Shown here piece after piece: positions 39,129-60,084 of a DNA stretch of 64,000 bases (position 1 is its first letter; each line of letters starts with the position of its first letter). The translations under genes were made by a program, and so were the position numbers. The stretch comes from the human T2T-CHM13v2.0 reference genome, Homo sapiens. The stretch is from NCBI RefSeq assembly GCF_009914755.1, contig NC_060936.1, one strand, 5' to 3'. Under the pieces are notes generated by a model. The model had not been told where the DNA came from, ran no database searches, and was given only the letters and a program-made list of their open reading frames with translations.

Positions 39129-39407
39129 TGGCAAGGCAAACTGGGATCGCTGTCCGCCAGTAGGTTAGGGTGAGTGTGATGTTGTACAATAAATGAAAGG
39201 TTCTGTGTGAAGGAGAGTGAGCAGGGTACAACAACCAAAAAGGCAAACTACATATTTGAAAACACAGCTGTGGTTCATACTCAATCATTTCATATCTCCA
39301 AGAGAATTCTTTTTACCAAAAAAAAATTGCATACAAAGGTTAGTTTAATTATCATGTGAATGTTTGAAACTCTCTGATATAGGAAATCTCCCAGGATTAC
39401 CTGTCTA

Positions 39408-48356
<8,949 letters not shown>

Positions 48357-48429
48357 CTTGCTTTTCTGCTTCTTGGTCAGTCCTATTTTCTGGAACTACA
48401 CTGCCCTGTGACAAGCTTTTTTTTAACTT

Positions 48430-48470
48430 CCTTTTTATTGCTGCTCTCATTTCTCAACTCCGCCCCATAT
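48430..48470 (-). promoter_or_regulatory. Putative RERGL core promoter (GC box plus TATA-like element), not a CpG island
   Basis: GGGGCGGAG Sp/KLF site at 48466-48458 and CAATAAAAAG at 48440-48431, 75-110 nt upstream of the ATG. Confidence 0.5.
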
Positions 48471-49414
48471 TCCTGCCAGCCAACAATAACTTTAAAAATG
48501 TTTTCCTAGAGTAGTTTTCAACTCAGTTTTCATATAACATTTAAAAAAAAAACTGGAGTTACTGTTTAGACACAAAGGCTTATGAAGAAAATATGTATAT
48601 ATTTATAACAGAACCTTAGTTTACAAGTCTCTATTTTTGTGTACCTGGAATCTACCTTCTCCTAGGACCTAAAAAAAAGTATAATCTCTTTTCATTTAGA
48701 AAATTTTTAGAGGATGGGTAAACATCTCTGTAAATTTACTTTGATTGGATTGGTTTCTTTGTTTTATTAGTATCTGAGCCTATATCTGCTAGGGTTTCTT
48801 CTGTGAAAAAAAAGGGAAATCCATTCATTCAATCATAAAAAGAGCACAACTATCTAGGATTTAGAAGTTTAGGTTGGATACCAATGCAAATAAATATCTA
48901 GACCATGTTTGTGAATCATATGAGATTCTCAAGAAGCAAAAATGGGCAGTACAGAGTTTTAACTTATCCAATGTCTTATTTAATAAGTAATTTCTCCTTT
49001 AAAAATGTTTTGTCAATAGAAAACAGCAATATTTCTGGAGAAAAATAAAGCAATCAATGTCATTTGTTAGAAAAATAAATATAAACCTGTCATATTTCCT
49101 TCTGTAGTACATTGAAATTAGAAAAGAGAAATGATAAAGGAAAGAAAATTTGGAAGGGGTATTCTGGCATGATTCATTCCTGCTTTATAATAAAGAGATA
49201 AATTTAGTATGCAAAATGATGAGTTTTTCATATTTCTTTTTGTCAGATTTCCCTACTGCCCCATTACTGTCTTTCTCTTTTATCTCCCAATTTAGATATG
49301 TAGAAATTCTACAACAAATACAATAAGTCTACATGTGTGTACTAAATTTTGAGGCCCAAGTGAAAAAGTTTCATTTCCAGACTAAGTTGATCACAGGAGT
49401 AATCATTTACATTT

Positions 49415-52400
49415 CTTTTCTTTTTTATTTTACTTTAAGTTTTAGGGTACATGTGCACAACGTGCAGGTTAGTTACATATGTGTACATGTGCCATGTTGG
49501 TGTGCTGCACTCATTAACTTGTCATTTAACATTAGGTATATCTCCTAATGCTAGCCCTCCCCCTCCCCCCACCCCACAACAGGCCCTGGTGTGTGATGTT
49601 CCCCTTCCCATGTCCATGTGTTCTCATTGTTCAATTCCCACCTATGAGTGAGAACATGCAGTGTTTGGTTTTTTGTCCTTGCGATAGTTTGCTGAGAATG
49701 ATGGTTTCCAGCTTCAACCATGTCCCTACAAAGGACATGAACTCATCATTTTTTATGGCTGCATAGTATTCCATGGTATATATGTGCCACATTTTCTTAA
49801 TCCAGTCTATCGTTGTTGGACATTTGGGCTGGTTCCAAGTCTTTGCTATTGTGAATAGTGCCGCAATACACATACATGTGCATGTATCTTTATAGCAGCA
49901 TGATTTATAATCCTTTGGGTATATACCTAGTAATGGGATGGCTGGGTCACATGGTATTTCTAGTTCTAGATCCCTGAGGAATCGCCACACTGACTTCCAC
50001 AATGGTTGAACTAGTTTACAGTCCCACCAACAGTGTAAAAGTGTTCCTATTTCTCCACATCCTCTCCAGCACCTGTTGTTTCCTGACTTTTTAATGATCG
50101 CCATTCTAACTGGTTTGAGATGGTATCTCATTGTGGATTTGATTTGCATTTCTCTGATGGCCAGTGATGATGAGCATTTTTTCATGTGTGTTCCAGCTGC
50201 ATAAATGCCTTCTTTTGAGAAGTGTCTGTTCATATCCTCGCCCACTTTTTGATGGGGTTGTTTTTTTCTTGTAAATTTGTTTAAGTTCTTTGTAGATTCT
50301 GGATATTAGCCCTTTGTCAGATGAGTAGATTGCAAAAATTTTTTCCCACTCTGTAGGTTGCCTGTTCACTCTGACGGTAGTTTCTTTTGCTGTGCAGAAG
50401 CTCTTTAGTTTAATTAGATCCCATTCGTCAATTTTGGCTTTTGTTGTCATTGCTTTTGGTGTTTTAGACATGAAGCCCTTGCCCATGCTTATGTCCTGAA
50501 TGGTATTGCTTAGGTTTCCTTCTAGGGTTTTTATGGTTTTAGGTCTAACATTTAAGTCTTTAATCCATCTTGAATTAATTTTTGTATAAGGTGTAAGGAA
50601 GGGATCCAGTTTCAGCTTTCTACATATGGCTAGCCAGTTTTCCTAGCACCATTTATTAAATAGGGAATCCTTTCTCCATTTCTTGTTTTTGTCACATATC
50701 CAGCCAAACTAAGCTTCATAAGTGAAGGAGAAATAAAATACTTTACAGACAAGCAAATGCTGAGAGACTTTGTCACCACTAGGCCTGCCCTAAAAGAGCT
50801 CCTGAAGGAAGCACTCAACATGGGAAGGAACAACTGGTACCAGCCATTGCAAAAACATACCAAATTGTAAAGACCATTGAGGCTAGGAAGAAACTGCATC
50901 AACTAATGAGCAAAATAACCAGCTAACATCATAATGACAGGATCAAATTCACACATAACCATATTAACCTTAAATGTAAATGGACTAAATGCTCCAATTA
51001 AAAGACACAGACTGGCAAATTGGATAAAGAGTCAAGACCCATCAGTGTGCTGTATTCAAGAAACCCACCTCACATGCAGAGACACACATAGGCTCAAAAT
51101 AAAGGGATGGAGGAAGATCTACCAAGCAAATGGAAAACAAAAAAAGGCAGGGGTTGCAATCCTAGTCTCTGATAAAACAGACTTTAAACCAACAAAGATC
51201 AAAAGAGATAAAGAAGGGCATTACATAATGGTAAACGGATCAATTCAACAAGAAGAACTAACTATCCTAAATATATATGCACCCAATACAGGAGCACCCA
51301 GATTCATAAAGCAAGTCCTTAGAGACTTACAGAGAGACTTAGACTCCCAAACAATAATAATGGGAGGCTTTAACACCCCACTGTCAACATTAGACAGATC
51401 AACGAGACAGAAAGTTAACAAGAATATCCAGGAGTTGAACTCAGCTCTGCACCAAGCAGAACTAATAGACATCTACAGAACCCTGCACCCCAAATCAACA
51501 GAATATACATTCTTCTCAGCACCACACCACACCTATTCCAAAATTGACCACATACTTGGAAGTAAAGCACTCCTCAGCAAATGTAAAAGGACAGAAGTTA
51601 TAACAAGCTGTCTCTCAGACCACAGTGCAATCAAACTAGAACTCAGGATTAAGAAACTCACTCAAAACCGCTCAACTCCATGGAACCTGAACAACCTGCT
51701 CCTGAATGACTACTGGGTACATAATGAAATGAAGGCAGAAATAAAGATGTTCTTTGAAACCAACGAGAACAAAGACACAACATACCAGAATCTCTGGGAC
51801 ACATTCAAAGCAGTGTGTAGAGGGAAATTTATGGCACTAAACGCTCACAAGAGAAAGCAGGAAAGATCTAAAATGGACACCCTAACATCACAATTAAAAG
51901 AACTAGAGAAGCAAGAGCAAACACATTCAAAAGCTAGCAGAAGGCAAGAAATAACTAAGATCAGAGCAGAACTGAAGGAGATAGAGACACAAAAAACCCT
52001 TCAAAAAATCAATGAATCCAGGAACTGGCTTTTTGAAAAGATCAACAAAATTGATAGACCGCTAGCAAGACCAATAAAGAAGAAAAGAGAGAAGAATCAA
52101 ATAGACGCAATAAAAAATGATGAAGGGGATATCACCACCAATCCCACAGAAATAGAAACTACCATCAGAGAATACTGTAAACACCTCTATGCAAATAAAC
52201 TAGAAAATCTAGAAGAAATGGATAAATTCCTCAACACATACACCCTTCCAAGACTAAACCAGGAAGAAGTTGAATCTCTGAATAGACCAATAACAGGTTC
52301 TGAAATTGAGGCAATAATTAATAGCCTACCAACCAAAAAAAGTCCAGGACCAAATGGATTCACAGCTGAATTCTACCAGAGGTACAAGGAGGAGCTGGTA

Positions 52401-52530
52401 CCATTCCTTCTGAAACCCGTTCCAATCAATAGAAAAAGAGGGAATCCTCCCTAACTCATTTTATGAAGCCAGCATCATCTTGATACCAAAGCCTGGCAAA
52501 GGCACAACAAAAAAAGAGAATTTTAGACCA
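49415..52530 (-). mobile_element. 5'-inverted, 5'-truncated L1PA3/L1PA4
   Basis: 3' part on minus at 49415-50694; ORF1 end and ORF2 N-terminal part on plus at 50695-52530; TSD catttac(a/t)ttt at about 49404 and 52529, ending in an endonuclease-type TTTT/AA site. Confidence 0.93.
50934..52454 (+). pseudogene. L1 ORF2 N-terminal 506-aa ORF (endonuclease plus linker), frameshifted near the start of RT
   Basis: [19 protein letters not shown]...SDHSAIKLE; catalytic GDFN reads GGFN. Confidence 0.93.
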
Positions 52531-53749
52531 TTTACTTTTTTAAAAGTGCATTTATTTAACCAACATTTTATAGCAAGTATATTTTAAAACTATGTTAGGT
52601 TTAATGACTCACTATTGTTAAATCATGAATTTCCTGCCGATAAAGTCTACACTCTACTAAGAGAAAATGGAAACAATTGAAATTACAGTAAATAGAGTTG
52701 TTGCTAAAATAGGACCGGGGAAAGCAGAACATGTGGATATAAAGGTCTTCAAAAAGTAGATAAGTCTTTAAACATAGAGAGAAGGAGGAAAAAGTGACTA
52801 GTGATTAAGGAGATGTGTCTATTCCAAAAGAAGAAACAGACTCCATAAAGGAAAAGGGACAAGAGAGAGTATGACAGTTTGTGAGATCAGCAAGGTAACT
52901 GCTGAACCAAATTGCATTTTTTCTTTATTACAAATTTGAAAGAAATAGATATGATCTCTTTAATTTCTGCAACTGTATAAATAGTAACAAGAATGAATTT
53001 TTTAAAAGGAAATTTGCCAGCCGACTTATTATACCATGGAATTAGATGTTTTTTCTCTATTTGGAGAAATGTTATTTTTGTCTTCTTAAGAAACTTCTGA
53101 TGTTTTTAGAGGTTGAGTTCCTCACCCTTGCCTTAGGTTTAGAGCCAATTAAAATTAGGTTGAGCTCCTCTCAACCTAAGGCAAGATTTAACTTCATAAA
53201 ATAGAGGATATTGAAAACAACATATAAATTTTTGTTATCAATATACAGGCGTTCTTTTCTCATGTCCTCTTCCTCCGTACTTTCACTTGGATTCCAAAAG
53301 AGGCTCTAACAAGAAAGCAGCCTGGCACTGAAATAGAGTGAAGTTGTAAACCTGAACTGAAAGAAAAAAAGCATGTACATATTTTCTTAAGAACCAGAAG
53401 TGCCATTTTTTTTTTTTTGCTTCAGATGATGGGTGCTAAATATTAATATTCTATTAGCCACATTGTTATACTACTTAAATTTTTCTTACAGCTCTCTAAA
53501 GAAATACTCATTCACATCCAAAACCAAATCATTTTATTCCTTTATTTATGAGGTAGGTCCCGTTACTAACTTATAATATGATAGAAATATAGGCCTTTTC
53601 AGGAAGGAAGGAAGGAAGGAAAGAAGGAAGGAAGGAAGATGGGGGACCCAGGGAGATAAGAATGCAAAGAATATAACTGAAATTGAATGTACGGTTAATT
53701 TTTAATATAAAGGATTCTCTAATGCCTACTGCTGATTATAAAATAAATA

Positions 53750-56700
53750 TTGAAGTCTGAGTTTTTAGTGTATTACTGAATCGTAATACATTGTACCCAA
53801 TAGGTAATTTTTCATCCCTCACCCCTCTCCTGCCCTCCACCATTTGGGGATCCTGATATCCTCTACTTCACTCTGTATTTCCATGTGTACACATTATTTA
53901 GCTCCCACTTATAAGTGAGAACATGCAGTATTTGACTTACTGTTTCTAAATTATTTCACTTAAGATAATGGCCTACAGCTACATGCATGTTACTTCAAAA
54001 GACATGATTTCATTCCTTTTTATGGCTTAATATTCAATGGTGTGTGTGTGTGTGTGTGTATATATATGTGTGTGTGTGTGTATATATATGTGTGTGTGTG
54101 TATAGTATAGTACTATATATACTATACTCTACATAGTAATATACATTATATATATACCATATATACATAGTATATGTATAGTATACTATATATGGTATAC
54201 TATATATATACTATACTATACCATATATACTATATATACATATATTGTGTGTATATATATACTATATATACACACTATATACTACATAGTATACCATATA
54301 CACTATATATACTATATACGATATATATACTATATATACTATATACTATACATACTATATACTATATAGACTATATATTACATATAGTATATATACCATA
54401 TATGTAGTATATATACACTATATATAGTATATATATTATAAACAGTATATATGTATAGCATATATGTATATATGCAGTAAATATATACATATATGTAGTA
54501 TATATATGTATACACACATATACATATATGTATATACACGTATACATATACATATATACATGCATACATATATACGTATATACATGTATATACACGTATA
54601 CATGTATGCATACATGCGTGTATGCATGTGTGCATACATGTGTGCATGTATAAATGTGTGTTCATGCGTGTATGCAAACGTGTGTATGCATGTGTGTATG
54701 TATACATGTGTGTATGCATGTGTGTATGCATGTGTATGTACACATGTGTGTATACATGTGTGTGTACATGTGTGTATGCATGCATGAGTGCATGTGTGCA
54801 TGCATGTATGCACGTATGTATGCACTTATGTACGTATCTGCACGTATGCGTGCATGTATGTACGTATCTGCACGTATGCGTGCATGTATGCACGTATGTA
54901 TGCATGTATGTGGGCATGTATGTATACATGCATGTAGGCATGTATGTATACATGCATGTAGGCATGTATGCGTGTATGTATGCCTCCATGTATGCATGTG
55001 TGTATACATGTATGTATGTATGCATGTGTATGCATGTGTGTATGCATGTGTATGCATGTATGTATGTATGTGTATGCATGTATGTATGTATGCAGGTGTG
55101 TATCCATGTGTTTATACTAGTATGTATGCATGTATGCATGTATACGTGTATGTATGCATGTATGCATGTATACGTGTATGTATGCATGTATGCATGTATA
55201 CGTGTATGTATGCATGTATGCATGTATACGTGTATGTATGCATGTATGCATGTATACGTGTATGTATGCATGTACGTATACATGTGCATGCCTGTGTACA
55301 TGTATGTATACATGTGTGCATGCATGTATGTATGTGTGTATGCATGTGTGTATGCATGCATGTATGCATGCATGTATGTGTGCATGCATGTGTGTATACA
55401 TGTGTGTATACGTGTCTGTGTACATGTATGTATGTATGCACGTGTGTATGTATACATGTAAGTATACATGTGTGTATATGTATGTGTGTATTTATACGTG
55501 TATAAACACATATATACATACATATATACGTATATACCATATACTACATATACTATATACTACATATACTGTATATACTATATACTACATATACTATATA
55601 TCCTATATACTATATACTACATATACTATATATCCTATATACTACATATACTATATATACTATATACTATATATCCTATATAGGATAAACTATACTATAC
55701 TACACTGTATACTATATACTATACTATATATACTATATACTATAAACTATATATACTATATATACTGTATACTATATACTATATATACGATATATACTAT
55801 ATATACTATATATACTATAATATGTATGTACTACATATACTTTATATATACTGTATAGTATGTGTATACTTTATATATACTGTAGAGTATGTGTATACTT
55901 TATATATACTGTGTACAGTATGTGTATACTTTATATATACTGTGTACAGTATGTGTATCCTTTATATATACTGTGTACAGTATGTGTATACTATATACTA
56001 TATATACTGTGTACAGTATGTGTATACTATATACTATATATACTGTGTACAGTATGTGTATACTATATACTATATATACTGTGTATAGTATGTGTATACT
56101 ATATACTATATATACTGTGTATAGTATGTGTATACTATATATACTGTGTATAGTATGTGTATACTATATATACTGTGTATAGTATATGTATACTATATAC
56201 TATATATACTATGTATAGTATATGTATACTATATACTATATATACTATGTATAGTATATATATACTATATACTATGTATACTATGTATAGTATATATATA
56301 CTATATACTATATATATACTATGTATAGTATATATAGTATATAGTATATATACTATGTATGGTATATATACTATATACTATATACACTATGTATAGTATA
56401 TATATACTATATAGTATATATACTATACTATTTATATATACACTATAGAAAAAGTGTATATATACTATATATAGTGTATATATAGTATATATAATATATA
56501 CAGTATAGTATATATAGTATATATAATATATACAGTATAGTATATATAGTATATATAATATATACAGTATAGTATATATAGTATATATAGTATAGTATAT
56601 ATAGCATATATGATATATAGCATATAGTATATATACTATGTATAGCACATAGTATATATACTATGTATAGCACATAGTATATATATATACCATATATAAG

Positions 56701-57135
56701 GTATATATATAGCATATAAACCATATATAATTACATATATAAGTATATATGTGTACACATATATATGTACACATATATTTGTAAATATATATACATATAT
56801 GGTATATATATATGGCGTATATATATGATATATATGGCATATATATGGGGTATATATGGGATATATATATGGTATGTAGAGATATATGGTATGTGTATAC
56901 CATATATATGTGTGTGTATATATACACACACATATATATACTATAATACATATATATACCCACATATGCAATGTGTATATATAAAATATATGTATATATA
57001 AAAATATGTGTATATATAAAATTTTCTATATATAAAATATAGAAAATATTGTGTGTGTGTATATATATGGTGTGTATATAATAATATGTGTGTATATGTA
57101 CATATACAGCATATTTTCTTTACCCAGTAATCATA
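53750..57135 (-). mobile_element. L1PB/L1MA 3' fragment split by the large tandem array
   Basis: ctcccacttataagtgagaacatgcagtatttg...ttttatggcttaatattcaatggtgtg before the array; catattttctttacccagt after it. Confidence 0.8.
54040..57108. repeat. About 3.07-kb compound TA/TG/CA microsatellite-minisatellite array
   Basis: Seen directly; includes 28-, about 30-, 32- and 36-bp higher-order units. Confidence 0.97.
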
Positions 57136-57774
57136 ATTAAACTGCATTGGTTATGTTAGTCTCATGGGAGTAGTTATCAAAGTATATTTATTTGCATGTT
57201 TATTCACAACAAAATGAAAACTTATACGCAAATAGATGATTATAAATCTGAATTATTTGTTTCACCTCTAATCCAAGTTACTAAAGGAATTCAGCTAGAG
57301 GTATCACAAATCCTCCAATATCTCTTCCAGATAAATTATTCACATCTGGACATTTACCTAACCAAATGATGAAGCTATTATAATAATGGCTACTAAAATA
57401 CAAAAGGTTCTCTTAACCCACAACCCAGTATTATTTTGGCTACAATATGTGTTTCATAAAACTAATAATTGCTTATTTCAACAATGTCCTAACAGTTCAA
57501 CATCAGTTTAAACTATACATGCAACATCAGATTGCCCACGTAGAATACTTTTTTATGTGATTAGTTTTGATGGATTGTTTTTTCATCTGAACATGTGAAA
57601 CTGATCATTTTGGAACAAGTGTACTTCCCACATTATTTGTTCTGGGAAGAATGTTTTTAGGGTCTATCCTATTCGTGGTATTAGATTTGGCTTACAGCTA
57701 CTTGGAAGTCCTACTTCAAATGTGATAAATCATATCTGAATACTGAACACCACTCTACTATGAAAACTGCTACT

Positions 57775-57950
57775 GATCTTTCTTTTCTTTTCTCTCTCCT
57801 CCCCTCCCCATCACCCTCTTTTCCTTCCTTCCCCTTTCCTTCTTTCTGTGACTATTTCTATCTCTGTGTCTTTACTCCTCTCTCTCTGTCTCTTCTTTCT
57901 TTATCTCTCTCTGTCTTTTTTCTCCTTATCTTCTTTCCCTTTTCCTTTCG
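57775..57950. repeat. CT-rich low-complexity tract
   Basis: Polypyrimidine stretch. Confidence 0.8.
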
Positions 57951-58264
57951 TCATTTTATTCTGGGTTCTTTTAGGAGTTTTTCTGTATCAGTGGTATTCT
58001 AAAATTTCACAATGTTATTCCTTGTCGCAAGTCGCTTTTTTCATTAATTGTGCCAGTGTTCACTTCGCCTCTTAAATGTGGAGATTCCTGTTTTTCAGTT
58101 CTGGGAAATTTTATTGTATTATCCCCTTAACAATTTATCCAAATCTATCTTCTGTGTTCTGCCTGTCCAAAACTCTTACATCAGTTGAACCTACAAGATT
58201 GATTCCCAATGACTCTGACTCTTTCTCTCCTATTGCCCTACTCTATATCTTTAACTTCACCTTT

Positions 58265-58670
58265 GTAGTATATATATACTTATGGGATATATATATATAT
58301 ATAATACATGCATATATTTTAATGTATTTTATATATTTTAATATTTTATATTATACAATATACAAATACAAAATATAAAGTATTTTATACAAATATATAA
58401 AAATGCATGTATATATCACATATATACATGTATATGTATCAAGTATATATCACTATATATGTGATATATACTTGTATTTTTACGTTTTTTATATATGTGT
58501 ATAGCTGTATATACTATATAAGTATATGTGTGTGACATATAGAGATTATCACACATATAACGTATGTGTGATACATATGTATGTATATACTATATATACT
58601 GTATATGTGATATGTGTATATACATATGTTATATATGTGATGTATGTATTACATTTATAATACATATCAA
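58265..58670. repeat. TA-rich low-complexity repeat
   Basis: Seen directly. Confidence 0.85.
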
Positions 58671-60084
58671 TTTAAGAGTGTTTTCTTGTGTGCTGCTATT
58701 GTATTGAAATACTGTATATGTTAATTTGTTTCGAGGAAAAGTTAATTAATAACATCTGCAGTAAAATTTTGAACTGTACATAATTCCCATATTTAAATTC
58801 ACTTTCACAAACCAGAATTGTTCTGTGTTACACTTCAATATACCATGTATGATTTTTGTGATATAATACATATCTGTGTCTGTGTATAAATTTCATGTGA
58901 AGAGGATAGAGATGTTTCTATCATTCCCAAGCAAGTTAAAAACTGTCATCATTAATAGAATTAACCTACAGAAGTATGTCTTCATAACTCTAAATACTTT
59001 TAGAACATGCTTTGAAAGATAATCTTTCATTTAGGTATCATATTTGAAGAAATATCATTTTTGATATGTAATGTTAGTAATTAACTAAAGTACACGGGCC
59101 TATTTTTTTGAAAAATAAAATGATGAATACCTCAGCAGGTAATGATTTGGTATTTACTTTACTCTTTTAAATTATTCTTGAGGTGTTTATTGTTCCTTAA
59201 GGTTTTAGTTTTCCAATATTTTATAATACCTTTAAAATTATCACTAACAGTAATTACGACTCAGCTATTCATCCTTTTTGCCTTCTGTAAAAATTATGTT
59301 AGTCTTTCTGTAGACACTAAGTGATTTTCTTCTAAGCTAATATAGTTTTTCTCAAAAATAGGCTACTATTCTAGTTAGCTCCTTCTTAATCACTTGTGGT
59401 TGGTCAATACTACAGAAGTTACTTTGATCTTTAAAAACGCTCTTCCTTCTGTAGTGCAGCTGCTGGAACAGGAAGTTTGAGGGAGCAACACTTCAGTGCG
59501 TGCAAGTTATGCAGAAACATGATTTTTAAAAGGCTGAACAATGCAAATGTGGTAAGGATATGTTACTCTTATTTTTCTGCTCATTTTATTACTCTAGAAA
59601 TAAATATTTCAAAATAAACTCAGTATTCAAGCTTATTTCTACAATTACATAGGATAGAATGTATAAAGAAGTTTGATTTTTTGGAAGCCTTTTAAATAGA
59701 CCTTAATGTATGCAATGGTTCATAAAGAAGATAGGCATATTTCTTGCTCACATAAAATTTTATATAGATGTTTCTGATAAGTGGACATCTCTCTCAAAGT
59801 CTTCAGTGTCTGGCTTCTGAACACTCTTCATCACAGTGGTAGAAGGGGAAGAGCATGACAAATCATGTGCAGGAGGTTTGGTGGGCTAGCCTGGAAGAGG
59901 TTTATTTTGTTCACAAGCTGTTGGTTAGAACTTAACCTTATGGCAATACTAAATGGTAGGGAGGATGAAAAGCGAGGACTGGTTTTATTGGAGATGTGAC
60001 ATTCATTCTTTGTGACAAGAGATAAATGCTCAGTCTTTAAAGCGCATTTAAAGGTTAAAGGTTGCTTGTCTCAAAACCTGTCCA

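Noticed and set aside
49631-50486. 204-aa and 126-aa ORFs
   Set aside because: Frameshifted C-terminal pieces of L1 ORF2
55859-56200. Regular 29-36-bp repeats as a CRISPR-like array
   Set aside because: No unique spacers; eukaryotic minisatellite
54174-57147. Many long ORFs (up to 381 aa) rich in Y, I, H, T, M, C and V
   Set aside because: Artefacts of RY repeats that lack stop codons; open in several frames on both strands
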